DNA of 62,541 nucleotides, the filler included, from Sanchytrium tribonematis (Eukaryota), in NCBI GenBank assembly GCA_018985235.1. It is 13 parts of 13 records of this genome, joined end to end, with 100 filler letters (N's around TTAATTAATTAA, not from the genome) between each part and the next. Parts side by side here need not be neighbours in the genome. Positions count along the whole stretch, not along the records: positions 20,523 to 23,823 come from JADGIG010000886.1; positions 23,924 to 27,218 come from JADGIG010000887.1; positions 27,319 to 49,107 come from JADGIG010000087.1; 10 more parts are not named here. The stretch is one strand, 5' to 3'. Shown piece after piece: positions 20,770-32,322 of this stretch (position 1 is the first letter of the stretch; every line of letters starts with the position of its first letter). Both the position numbers and the translations under genes were made by a program. Under the pieces are notes generated by a model. That model made no database searches. It worked only from the letters and a program-made list of their open reading frames with translations, and had not been told where the DNA came from.

Positions 20770-21368
20770 AACAGAGACGTAGACCTTGAGAGAATTTACA
20801 TTGGTGGGGAAAGAAGCTTTAAAATAAATGATTTTATTGGTCAATACGTCTTTAGCGTAACTAGCCTATTGATTGGATCATGATTTCCCCATGTCTCAAA
20901 TTCAAGTTTTCTTCCCCTTATTATGGCTTTGATATTGCCGATACAACTACGTCGTGTTCATTTTTGGTTGTTTTACATTCGTAGCTTTCATTTGGTACTA
21001 GTAAGAACTATATAGAAAAAGTGCTTTTCAAGATAATTTGAAGTTGTAAATGCAATTTTACACAATTCAAATAATTAGGTTGCATTTCATTGTACATGAA
21101 TACAATAACTCAAAATCAATTTTAAAACCATATGGAGATGTATTTAAACATAACAAAGCCATATATGACTTTATTTTAGAAAATAAAAAAGAAATGAAGG
21201 AGATATTAAGGAAATTGTATGTTTTATATGAAATTTTTCCACCCCTTGGCAACACCTCAAAAAGACATTCAACTAAAATGCAAACCCTAATATATGTACT
21301 GGTTATGAAGCACTATCATATGAATATTTGATATTGAAGTTAAAATTTGGGGTTAAAATATGAAATTT

Positions 21369-23785
21369 TTAAAACATATTTAATTTCATTAATTTGGAAT
21401 CGGATTTAAATAAACTAGCCCTATTAGGTGGTTGAGTATCCCACATTAGTATCATATTTGCTTTGTTATCCTCAATAATATCCTTTTTAGTAGTAAATTG
21501 AGAGGGAATTGGATCAAATCCTAATTTGATCAATTGTTGATTAAATGATAATAATTTGACCATATATTGATGCTTGATATCCAAATAATTGTGTTTAATC
21601 TGATAGAATCTATGTTTTTGCTTGTGAATACTTTTTATGATTTTGATGCGAAGTTTTTCTAGTTGTTTTAACCCCTCTAAATTGTAATTTTCACAGTTGT
21701 AATTGTAGATTGGACACACTACGCATGTGTAAAACTTGTTGAATGAGTTTCTAAACTGCAAATAATTACCAGTCCATCTGACAGATGATATGGCGAAATT
21801 CACTTTGGCCAATTTAGTGAAAATATCCTGTTCATAATCCACACCAAATGTATTAATCCATGAGCCGAGGTATTTAAGAGATGACTGCTTGTTAATGGTG
21901 ACATTGGGATTTATGGTGATGGACTCAATAGAATCATCCGAGCAAATATATTGGAATTTAGTGAGATTTATGGCAAATCCATGCGTATTAAGTTGTGCAG
22001 TGACTCTATTAGTGATACCCTGTAGTAATTCCTCTGAATGTGATAAAATAAACATGTCATCAGCATAAATATGGATGGAAAACTCATTACAATCAGGAAA
22101 AATACTCATTATTTGATCCATTACAAATGAAAATACAATAGGACTCAATGTCCCGCCCTGAGGCGTTCCTCTGCGCATGGATATGGATGTATCATTGATA
22201 TCACGTCTCAAATTAAATGATTGATTTGTAATTATGTTTTTCATCACGTTCATGTCATGACTGTCCAAGTGGGATCTTAGAATAGAATAAATATCATTAT
22301 GCATAATAGTGTCAAATGCAGTGGACAAGTCCAATGCAATACCATGGACTTGTCCATGACTCTCTCTAAAGAATTTCATTTTTTCAAAAACGGAGTAAAT
22401 TTGCGTCGAGCAAGAACGAGATTTCACAAACCCGTGCTGACGGGATGAAAGAAATAATTTATCACGATATCGACTGTAATAGAGTAATTTCTGAAATGTT
22501 TTATAAGCAATAGAAATAAGACTGATGGGTCTGAAGCGACCAGGATCAGAATTATCCCCAGATTTGAAGACTTCTATAATTGATGAAGATTGCCATTTAA
22601 TTGGGAATTGATTTTGAGTATAACAGAGTTTAAAGAGTTTAACAAATAGATGAATGCCATTATTACCCAGGTATTTGTAAAAGACTGCCGGTAAGGAATC
22701 CCCACTAATTTTGTTTGTATTAATAGTTTTAAAGGCAAATGATATGGTTTCTTCATTAAATAATGAATCTGCAGTATGAACAACGGCATTATTGTCTATA
22801 TTTGGTGATATTGGCCATAATTCTGTTGAATCAGAGTGTCTAAAGTGATTTTTATGATGATCAATGGCCATTTGTAGTTCGCTTTTAAGCCGTGTATGCT
22901 CTTGCTTGGATGATCTGCGTAGGCGACACATTTCAATGAATGCAGATCCACTGTCTTTATCAATTTTATCGAGATATTTGTTAAATTCATCATTTTGATT
23001 ACTTTGCTTTAAAAGCTTTATGGACTTGTCTAGCTGCTTTATACGGGTTTTAAGAAGATATCGTCTGTCACTATTGATATTATTGCGGGAGAGCTGTCTT
23101 TTTAGTCTCTTTTTGCGATTTGTCAAATTTAGAATTTTGGTGTCAAAGGGTATTTCAAAAGAATGATCCGTTATAGATAGAACTGGTAGATATTTAAAGG
23201 CACCATTTAGTGCCACTGATTCAACTTGATTCCAAATCGTGTTGATTTCAGAATCAGAATTAATTTGAATTTCTCCAAGTTTCAATTCATAAATATTGAC
23301 CAATTTAGAGCGCAAATCTAGATCATGTTTGATGGCATTCCAACGTGTATTACGCAGTACACTGATCGGCATATCTAGTTTATAATTAAATAAGATTGGA
23401 AAATGGTCTGATCCAGTCTTTTCATGTTTTAAAACAGCAAAATTACCAATTTGATGTCTCATAGAATCATGCACCCATACCTGATCAAATGAGTTTTCGT
23501 CTAGGGGAGTATTTGCACAAGAATATGATCTATTTATCATATTTAATTCAAATTGCCTGCCTGATTCGTCATTAGAAGATTGGATCGACGGGCATTTCCT
23601 ATTAGTGTCACCAACAAAAATAGCACGGTTCTGGAACTCAATATTCATTTCACGATCTACAGCACTCATATTATTCTTCTTACGTGGCGGGATGTAGGTG
23701 AATGCCATAGAGTAGCCCTGGATCTTCAATAAATGGCAAAACTTAGTGCGAGTATCTACTTGTAATACATCTTCTATTTGTTTGA
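21369..23785 (-). mobile_element. Second non-LTR retrotransposon ORF (partial APE + RT), 5' end lost
   Basis: YIPP, FVGDTN, FDQVW, SDHFPI; FRPISL, QHGF, DLSTAFD, GTPQGGTLSP, YADD, KYLG. Confidence 0.92.
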
Positions 23786-23823
23786 GAATGCCATCAAACA
23801 TGATCTAGATTTGCGCTCTAAAT
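23786..23823. repeat. 38-nt inverted duplication of 23303-23340 at contig end
   Basis: gaatgccatcaaacatgatctagatttgcgctctaaat is the exact reverse complement of 23303-23340. Confidence 0.9.
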
Positions 23824-23998
23824 NNNNNNNNNNNNNNNNNNNNNNNNNNNNNNNNNNNNNNNNNNNNTTAATTAATTAANNNNNNNNNNNNNNNNNNNNN
23901 NNNNNNNNNNNNNNNNNNNNNNNCTTCACGGACGTATTTTGTTCTTTTATTGATGCTTTCGCGTGTTTCTTTTTGAAATAGCAAATCGGAGGGATCGC

Positions 23999-24841
23999 GT
24001 CTGTCAATTTTCCAAGTGCTTTAATTTCACGGAGGACTGATTTGCTAAGTGCTAATGCATCTGATGACACTTGAGTGTTTTGGGGATTAAGAAATGCTAT
24101 ATTTTTGATTATTTTAATAGCAATTTGTTGATGTTTCCAATTTCCAAGATAGACTTTGCCATATGAGCCAGAACCCAGTATTTCTGCTTTATTTGGTATT
24201 GCATCATCAACATAGTCAATGAGAATAGATTTAGAGCTATGATTGTCTATTGTTACTTGTTGATTATCTGATTTCTTTGACTGATAATTTGATAAAAAAT
24301 CTTGTAACACGGATTCAATTTCATAAAGATTTGAATTTCCAATATTTGACAAGATATATTCAATATTCAAGACTTTGAATTGTGGATTGACATTTAAATA
24401 TTGTTGAATTTGAGACAAATCATGCTTCATTTCAAATAGACATGAATTCACAACAAATTGAGATATTTGGTTTAATTCTTGACAAATTGGGTCTAATATA
24501 TTCTTTTCTGATTTAATATGTTCCTCATATTGGTCCATTTTATTGCATTTTTTGGCACATTCTAATATTTCAATCAATTGAAATTCTAAATGAGGTAACT
24601 GTCGTCGCAGCATCTGAGTCAATCCATTGGGTACTTTGCTTCTCATATAATCAAGATCAGCTTTAATGATACAGATAATGCCATTTAAAGCCAATGCATC
24701 GATCTTCGTGAGATTGATTTCATCGATTAATTTATCAATATTCTTGAGATATTCAAGAGCAGCAGGTTCGGAGATGTCTGGACTGAGATAAATGATGAAA
24801 CTGATCACAAATCGAGTGATAGAAGTTATGAGATGATCCAT
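23999..24841 (-). CDS. Helical N-terminal domain + kinase N-lobe, interrupted after subdomain III
   Basis: LGSGSYGKVYLG.W....IAIK, SVLREIKALGKL; similarity to adjacent paralog stops at about 23998. Confidence 0.7.
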
Positions 24842-24931
24842 TTTGGAATTGTTTCGAGCGGAGAAGAATATCGAGTCAATCAACCACCCCTTTCATCTCC
24901 ATTTAACCCTTTTCACAAAGAAGTACTTTAG

Positions 24932-26635
24932 TTATATAGATTTGTTATTTATTGGTGAGTTTTTGTTGGTATTTGATGCATTTTGAATCTTATCAATTTC
25001 ATCTTTTGCATCTGTATATCCCAATTCCGAAGCAATCTCATAATATTTTATAGCTTCAGCTTCATTTTTCTCACATCCCATGCCATATTGATAATAAATT
25101 CCAACATTATAGTAGCTTGTGGCGCCTCCATATTTAGCGCCCAACTTAAAATACTCTAGTGCTGCCTTGAAATCTGGTTCTATAGGATATAAAACAACAT
25201 ATTCTTGCTTGTAAAACCAGCCAATTTGATGATAAGCACTGCTATAATCTAATTTTGCAGCCAATTCGTAAAAATAAAAGGCTTCTTTGTGGTCTATTTC
25301 ACACCCATATCCTTTTTCATAACACTCTCCAACGTAATAATAACCTGCTGCCAAATTCGCATCAGTTGCTTTTTTGAAACATTTTAATGCTTTAGATTCA
25401 TCTTTTTCAATTCCAGTGCCATACAAATAGAAATACCCTATAAATACATCTGCCATGTCTTCGTTGCACGAGTTTAATGATTTAAATATATCTTCGGGAT
25501 CCGAATTGAATCCAATTTGAAAACATTTCATGATGGCAATCGCGAATGGATTGGTGATTTGGGTTGTAATTTGATTCATTTGAGGTGCCAGATGGGAAAG
25601 GGTCTTTATATATTGCTGTATATTGTAATTATCAAGACATTGAAGCAATCTTACAAAAATGGACTCAAATAATTGAGGTTTCACTAATTCAATGGATTTT
25701 TTACATGCTCTGAATAATTCAATCCCATATAATTCATTAAAATGATTGGTGACTTGATTGAATGTTTCACGAATTTGCAACATGGCCAAAACTTTAGATA
25801 TGTCAGTTCTATCTTTTGGATGTTGCTGCCATGATTTCTCCATAATTTCAAATAAATCAGGATCTATTTGATTTGCAGTGTATGGGCGTGTGCCTCCTTC
25901 AATCTGACTTTTAATGTCACTACAATTATGCCACGGAATCCGCCCAGTCGCGATTTCTCCTAAAATGACTGCAAATGAGAAAACATCTCCAGCAAATGGA
26001 TATTCAATACATTGATTGACATGATCAGGATCGTATTGCCAATATTCTGGTGCACTATAGCGGTTTGTACATCTTTTTGTAGCAGTATGAGAAGAATTGA
26101 GTATTTTGGCCATTCCATAATCAATTAATTTGGGATTAAATTGGTCGTCAATCACGATATTGGCTGGTTTAAGATCATTATGTGCAATACCATTGGAGTG
26201 CATGTATTCCAAGGCACTGGCGATACCAATTTGGATTTGATCTTTTTGTAAATTTGTAAAGGATTTGCCATTTGGATGAAGATGCAACCATGTATGCAAT
26301 TAATAATTATCAATATATTCCATCACGATTCCCAAATGACCATCGATTGAAGTCACCCCATGATATTTACAAATATAAGTGAAGTCTCTTAATTTTCCAA
26401 GTGCATTTAACTCACAGAGCACTGATTTACTCAATTCTAGTTCATGTGGTGCTACTTGTGTGGTATTCGGACTACAAAATGCTACGTCTTAGATTATCTT
26501 GATTGCGATTTGTTGATTTTCCCATTTTCCAAGATATACTTTGAAATAACCTGAACCAAGTAAAACCATTTTATCAATATCAACGCCATCAATATAGTCA
26601 ATTGAATTTGGCGCAGATTTTGATTGCAGTGACAT
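24932..26635 (-). pseudogene. TKL-like protein kinase + Sel1-like repeats, with in-frame TAA at 26489-91 and 26300-02
   Basis: ATG 26635 in frame; GSGYFKVY, IAIK, HNDLKPANI, DYG, YSAPE, DVFSF; C-terminal G.G.EKDE..A..Y(Y/F)..A repeats. Confidence 0.82.
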
Positions 26636-26681
26636 TTTAAAATAGTTTCGAAAACTCTCGTGAAACATCAGTAGAATTTGT

Positions 26682-27218
26682 TTATTGGAGAATGCAATTG
26701 TTAATCAAAGATATAATAGATTTCTTTGATGGATGTTTTAGCTCATTAATTTGATCTTGAGCATTTCTATTTCCTAATTCCAAAGCAATTTCAAAATATT
26801 TCATAGCCTCGAACTCATCCTTTTTACACCCAATTCCATATTGAAAACATATTCCTGCACATATATAGTTTACCAATTTTGCAATATGCAGCACTATAAT
26901 GAGATACGGCTGCCCTTTCAAAGTAATTTAATGCAGTAAGGGTACTTTTATCTGTTCCATATCCATTTAAAACTCAAAAACCCAAATAATAATTCCTAGC
27001 TGCCACATCTGGTGCTCTTTCGAAGTAATTAAATACTGCCCTCGAGTGCTCTCAATAATTCAATACAATGTGGGAATTTATTGAAGGGTACAATTTAAAT
27101 TTTCATTAGATTTCTGTGATACGATTTGAATATTATCAAGCATCTCTTTTTGAAATCCCATTTCAGATGCCATTTTGTAATTTTTTAAAGTTTCAATGAG
27201 ATTCTTCTCACATCCTAG
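26682..27218 (-). pseudogene. Fragmented Sel1-repeat C-terminus of another copy
   Basis: GICFQYGIGCKKDEFEAMKYFEIALELG matches the last Sel1 repeat of 24932..26635; upstream part broken. Confidence 0.6.
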
Positions 27219-27318
27219 NNNNNNNNNNNNNNNNNNNNNNNNNNNNNNNNNNNNNNNNNNNNTTAATTAATTAANNNNNNNNNNNNNNNNNNNNNNNNNN
27301 NNNNNNNNNNNNNNNNNN

Positions 27319-27690
27319 ATGAAGCTCACCCACATCACTGGTTGATCCGATATTCATACCATAACCAGTCGAGGCAACCATATTAATGACGCCTTCTTCT
27401 TCGTGGTTTCCATGGATCATTAAAAAGTTGTACAGCAATTTCTCAGGCGGTTGGTCATATCTATATATTTCAATATCACTATTTTTACAGCAATTTTGCA
27501 TGGATTTATAAAAATTTTTATAATCTGTGGAGGTAGGCTGATTATTGTCGAATAAATCTCCTCCATGCAATACAAGATCATAATTGGTATAGTTCAATTG
27601 ATATTCAAACATTTTGAGCGCATCTTTTTGTCTGATGGGATCATTTGGAAGAAATCCCAAATGGGTATCAGTGACGAGTAAAATTTTCAT
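27319..27690 (-). CDS. MRE11: Mre11 nuclease N-terminus (3' truncated)
   Basis: KILLVTDTHLG...DPIR..D, DLVLHGGDLFD.NQP, IHGNH. Confidence 0.88.
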
Positions 27691-27740
27691 TGATTGTGTC
27701 GACTCCTCAAATTAATGGAGAAAATCTTGTCACATTAAAA

Positions 27741-28658
27741 ATGCTACAAACGCTAATAGATTTAAGAAAAGCCAATAGTTCCTTTCCTGAAATAGCAGTT
27801 GACAGGTTGCCAAGTCAAATAATTCTTCGCAATGATCAATATCGATCAGCACCAATTGATGCATCATTATTGCAGTTTTGTGAATATCAAAAGAACACAA
27901 TAAGTAACTTAAATTTGCCTTTTATTTCTCAAAGTCATTTATTGTCAAAACACTTGAAAATATTAGAGAAATCCATTATTTATTTAAACTTATTGAAACT
28001 TAAACATAATCTTTTACGAGGTGAAAACAAGAAGCCTGCCATTGACTTAATTCATGATTTCAAAATTGAAAAGTCACATCTAGTTCATGTGGAAAACAAA
28101 AATAGAATCAAAATTTTGAAAGACTATGCGCTCTATCTAGAAAATTTTATTGAAATATCGACTGAAAATCTGAAGAAGACTTCCAATTATTTTGATTATC
28201 TCAAAAAATCTTTAGGAGATGTACAAATGCTAATTTCTAAATCTGAAAGATTCAAAGAGACACTTGTTGCACAAAGTACTCTGCTCAAGTCCAGGAGAAT
28301 TGAAAATGGTAATATTATTAATTTAACCTATGGAAAAATATATTATGATATCTTAGTCAAAATTGGACTTTCGGTTCAACCTACCCAACTTTACAACATT
28401 GACATAATTCCGGACTTGATCCTAGATAAAGTCAAGGCACTTAACACCTTGAAAAGTAAGAGAACACAGAAAAGAAAAGTAATTCAAGATCTACTAAGAG
28501 TTAAATTTGGTGTCCACATTGAAGACTCATTGATTATACCTGAATACCCACAACGTATCGAAATTCCAATCTGGGATTTAGGTGCGAAAGAGGAAAGGCT
28601 GAACGAATTAGTATTGCAACTCAAAGCAATGGAAAATAGCTTTAATGAATCACGCTAA
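27741..28658 (+). CDS. Hypothetical coiled-coil protein
   Basis: Long ORF, first ATG 27741; stop overlaps RAB stop. Confidence 0.55.
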   Translation: MLQTLIDLRKANSSFPEIAVDRLPSQIILRNDQYRSAPIDASLLQFCEYQKNTISNLNLPFISQSHLLSKHLKILEKSIIYLNLLKLKHNLLRGENKKPAIDLIHDFKIEKSHLVHVENKNRIKILKDYALYLENFIEISTENLKKTSNYFDYLKKSLGDVQMLISKSERFKETLVAQSTLLKSRRIENGNIINLTYGKIYYDILVKIGLSVQPTQLYNIDIIPDLILDKVKALNTLKSKRTQKRKVIQDLLRVKFGVHIEDSLIIPEYPQRIEIPIWDLGAKEERLNELVLQLKAMENSFNESR

Positions 28659-29332
28659 CAGCAAAATTTATTATTGGGATTTGTCAAATTCACGTGGTTA
28701 CTGCTATATAGTTTCGCATTACCGTAAACGATACCAGACTTTTCCATAGACTCTATATCCAATTCACCATTTTCAATCTTGGCTAAAATTCTTTCGATCG
28801 CTCTTGTAAGGCCTGATTTGAATTCTTTCTCAAAATGATATATCGATGTTTCGCAAAATATAGCCTCGTACCTCTTTGCCAATTCGTGTCCTTGTTCTGT
28901 GGTGATAGATTCTTGAGTTCTTTTATCAACTTTGTTACCAACTATTAATAAAACGCAATTTGGGGAATAAAGTCTAATTTTTCTTATCCAATCTTCCATT
29001 TGATAAAATGTATTTGGATTGTCAACTGAATAAACCACGCAAGCAATCGCCGACGATCGATAATAACTTTGAGTTATGCTCTGGAATCTCTCTTGACCTG
29101 CTGTGTCCCATATCTGCAATTTAATAAACCTATTAGGTTCAATTTTGAAAACTGTGGATGCAAATTCTACTCCTATGGTTGGATTATAATTTTCAATGTT
29201 AGTAGGACTCAGCGATGCCAGGTCTTCGTTATCTTGCCTTTTCACAAACTCTTTCAAAATAGTAGATTTACCGACATTCGAGCTGCCTATTATGATCGCT
29301 TTAAGTAAAAATTCATATTGATTGCTGCTCAT
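28655..29332 (-). CDS. RAB4: Rab GTPase, Rab4/Ypt4-like
   Basis: GSSNVGKS, TIGVEF, WDTAGQERF, NKVD, terminal CC; ILAKIENGELD...SGIVYG resembles the Rab4 C-terminal signature. Confidence 0.8.
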   Translation of the reverse strand: MSSNQYEFLLKAIIIGSSNVGKSTILKEFVKRQDNEDLASLSPTNIENYNPTIGVEFASTVFKIEPNRFIKLQIWDTAGQERFQSITQSYYRSSAIACVVYSVDNPNTFYQMEDWIRKIRLYSPNCVLLIVGNKVDKRTQESITTEQGHELAKRYEAIFCETSIYHFEKEFKSGLTRAIERILAKIENGELDIESMEKSGIVYGNAKLYSSNHVNLTNPNNKFCC

Positions 29333-29347
29333 GAAAATTGTTTCACT

Positions 29348-32320
29348 CTAAAGTTTTATTAGATTTTTGTTTTGAATCTCGTAAATTGTATCGGCCTCCA
29401 AATCTTGATGAGACACCATCACAACAATTTTTCCAGTTTTCCTCAAGAGATTCACAACTTTTTTACGCATTTCGTGGTCCAACGCGTTTGTCATCTCGTC
29501 CATTAGAAGCACCTTGCATGGATGAATAATACCTCTAATAATTTGAATTCTCTGCTTCTCACCACCACTAAGCTCGACCTTGCTTCTACAAACTCCCCAT
29601 AAATGATCCAAGTGCAAATCAGAAAACAATTGTTTCAAATTATCAAAATTATCAATCTCTCCCATATAGATATTATCCAATATATCACCTCCAAGATAAT
29701 CATTTTCAACAAGCAATATCTTATTTTGAAAGTTTGTCAAAATTGTGCCTTTACAGGGTACCAAATTAGCAATGATTCTTAACAAGGTTGATTTTCCACA
29801 TCCACTCTCACCTTTAATTTGAGTGATGCCCTCATTAAATTCAACACATATTTCTTTTAAAATAGGACTAAAGCTCAAGTTCTCGAGGCTTACTTTATCT
29901 ATAACTTTGTAAGTGTAATTATTCATGGAATGAAACGACACAATGCTTTGGAACAAGTCATACATATCAGAGACCATTTTGAAATTTGTAAGTTCGCCAA
30001 AAAACGAACTCAATTGAACTGCTGTGTTGATGAGAATTCCTAAAATTGAACTTGCATTAAAAATTGTAATTTTATGGTCCAAAATTAAGGCACCAGTTGT
30101 GTAAGTTGTGAATAATATGCATATCATAGGCAGTGTGTCTAGGATGCCAAGATGTATACTTTTTAGTTTGCAATATTTCATGCAAGCATTTAGGTGTATT
30201 TTTCGACGATTTTTGAGAAGTCCATCAATAAAAGGTAATTTTCCAAATGGCAGTAGGCTAGAAAGAAAAACTTGACTTTCTTCATATAACATAATAATTT
30301 TAGACTCATGAGGATTCAAAGCCATGCGAGAGATGTATACCACAACACCACAACCAATAAATATTATTTGCAGTGCAAAAATTAACGTGGAAGACTCTCT
30401 GATGATAAGGTAAAAAGCGACGGCAATAGCAGATAAACCTCTAATGCTCTGGAGTAAGCTTTGACAAGAGTAATATTGAATATTGCCGACAACTTCCGTA
30501 TAAGCAAATAATAACTTTGGGTGGTAAACCTCTGAGTTTAAAACCAAATCTCTCAATTTAATAGATAAAACGTTCAAAAAGTACGAACTGATTTGCATAT
30601 TGATCTCAGAAAACGCGTTTACAGCTGCAGATAATACTAATAGTTTGATGTTGGGATTAGTGAATAGGCCTCCGACAAGATGACCTTGTAAAGGTATAAT
30701 TATACCACCCATGATGAAAGACATTGTAGCATAGATCAAGGTAGAAATTGGTATCAATCTATATAACTGTAAAAAAGTATTCAAAATAGAATTTGCTGAT
30801 TGTTTCTCAGTTTGATGATACTGCAAAATATCCGCGCTTGAATTTTGAATTTTAGCCTCTTTCACAATCTTTTGGGATTTGTCGTTTTCTATTAGAGATC
30901 CATTTTCCAAAGTGATTATTTTAAACTTTTCTTGAAATATGGCATCATGGGTAACCATAATGAGTTTGTAATTCAATAAGTGATGAAAAACAACTTTTGC
31001 CAGTCTTTGATTTAAATAGCTTGTAGGCTCGTCGAGAAGAAGCCATTCATTCTGATAATAAATCAAGTATCTCATTAAACAAATTCTTTGTCTTTGTCCC
31101 ATGCTCAAAGTATTTGGACTACTCAAGACATTTAAATCTAATTCAAATAATTTCAAGAGCTCTTCATACCTCAATTTTGTTTTCTTGTCAAGACTGTCAA
31201 CGTGAGAAATATAAGGGCCGCGCATAAAAATATTGTCAAAAACTGTTGACTCTATAAAATTCATGTTTTGGTCCATATACATTGAACTTTTCAAATCGAC
31301 TTCGCCTTCGAATGGAATAGCTTTTGCTAGACATCTTAACAGGGTGGATTTGCCACTATTTGTGTGTCCAAGAATCAGTGTATTCGAATTAACTTCAAAA
31401 TTTAAATTTTTTAGAATTACATTATCATCGATTTTGCAGCTAAGATTTTTGACGTTGAAAGCTCTTTGACTCTCATTTATAATTCTAAAATCAGCGGGAT
31501 TGGAATCTTTGTCAAATATACCATTCAATTTATCCCAAGATAAAGACTTTTTATAATAGCGCTGGTAAGTTCCAACGACGTTGTGTAATTGTATCAACGT
31601 CATTCCAAATAACATCATATCCATAAAATTGTCGAATAGCAGATAAATTGCTCCAAGCATTGACATACTGCAGAATTGAAAGAGACTCCAGCCAATTGCA
31701 CCAGCAAGTGTCAACTTCCATTGTGATTTGTTTTGTATAACTTGAAGATTCCTAATTTTTGCTTTTAAACTAGTAAATTGCTTGTAAGTATAAAAATGTG
31801 TATAATATTCGGTATAATAGTGAGTACATTGCTGCCTATCGTGATTCAATGTAGCGCTGTACCGATTAAGAACTTGTAATTGATAATACAAAATAACAGC
31901 TGGAATTGCAAATAATACAGACACCAATATTATTGTTAATAGGCTATGCTTATAAATGCTGTAAAGGGTATATATAATTGTATTGACTAAATTTAAAAAA
32001 TCAATCGGCTCTTTCAAAACGGGAGTATTAATGTGATATACTGCAGAAAATTCATTGGTATCCAAGGACTTAGGAAAATGAAATATGATAGAATTGACAA
32101 GTTTATGGCATTTCGAGTGCAGGGCGTATTGATAAAATGTCATTACAAGGAATCTAGCCAAAATTACAGCGGACAGAGTAATTAATATATCTTGCAATTC
32201 AAACAGATCAAATTTTTTCTTTACCAGCCCGACTGTTTCCGAGGTCAGATATCCAAATGCCACATACAAAAGGCTTAATAAAAATTGACAAGTTAAAATT
32301 TTCCATTCTCCTTGTAGCAT
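29348..32320 (-). CDS. Full-size ABC exporter (TMD-NBD-TMD-NBD, ABCB/MDR-like), compact
   Basis: GHTNSGKST/LSMGQRQR/LLLDEPTS and GESGCGKST/LSGGEKQR/LMDEMT; two hydrophobic domains. Confidence 0.88.
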   Translation of the reverse strand: MLQGEWKILTCQFLLSLLYVAFGYLTSETVGLVKKKFDLFELQDILITLSAVILARFLVMTFYQYALHSKCHKLVNSIIFHFPKSLDTNEFSAVYHINTPVLKEPIDFLNLVNTIIYTLYSIYKHSLLTIILVSVLFAIPAVILYYQLQVLNRYSATLNHDRQQCTHYYTEYYTHFYTYKQFTSLKAKIRNLQVIQNKSQWKLTLAGAIGWSLFQFCSMSMLGAIYLLFDNFMDMMLFGMTLIQLHNVVGTYQRYYKKSLSWDKLNGIFDKDSNPADFRIINESQRAFNVKNLSCKIDDNVILKNLNFEVNSNTLILGHTNSGKSTLLRCLAKAIPFEGEVDLKSSMYMDQNMNFIESTVFDNIFMRGPYISHVDSLDKKTKLRYEELLKLFELDLNVLSSPNTLSMGQRQRICLMRYLIYYQNEWLLLDEPTSYLNQRLAKVVFHHLLNYKLIMVTHDAIFQEKFKIITLENGSLIENDKSQKIVKEAKIQNSSADILQYHQTEKQSANSILNTFLQLYRLIPISTLIYATMSFIMGGIIIPLQGHLVGGLFTNPNIKLLVLSAAVNAFSEINMQISSYFLNVLSIKLRDLVLNSEVYHPKLLFAYTEVVGNIQYYSCQSLLQSIRGLSAIAVAFYLIIRESSTLIFALQIIFIGCGVVVYISRMALNPHESKIIMLYEESQVFLSSLLPFGKLPFIDGLLKNRRKIHLNACMKYCKLKSIHLGILDTLPMICILFTTYTTGALILDHKITIFNASSILGILINTAVQLSSFFGELTNFKMVSDMYDLFQSIVSFHSMNNYTYKVIDKVSLENLSFSPILKEICVEFNEGITQIKGESGCGKSTLLRIIANLVPCKGTILTNFQNKILLVENDYLGGDILDNIYMGEIDNFDNLKQLFSDLHLDHLWGVCRSKVELSGGEKQRIQIIRGIIHPCKVLLMDEMTNALDHEMRKKVVNLLRKTGKIVVMVSHQDLEADTIYEIQNKNLIKL

Positions 32321-32322
32321 AC

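Noticed and set aside
23786..23823. LINE twin-priming 5' inversion
   Set aside because: Inverted piece duplicates sequence about 450 nt inside the retained part, which fits fold-back chimerism rather than twin priming
26300..26491. Stop-codon reassignment (TAA/TAG=Gln as in some aphelids, or TGA read-through) to explain in-frame stops
   Set aside because: Conserved genes end at the expected place with TAA (H4, PDB1), TAG (RAB4) and TGA (NAR1) and have no internal stops; interrupted genes are repeats or paralogs with other lesions
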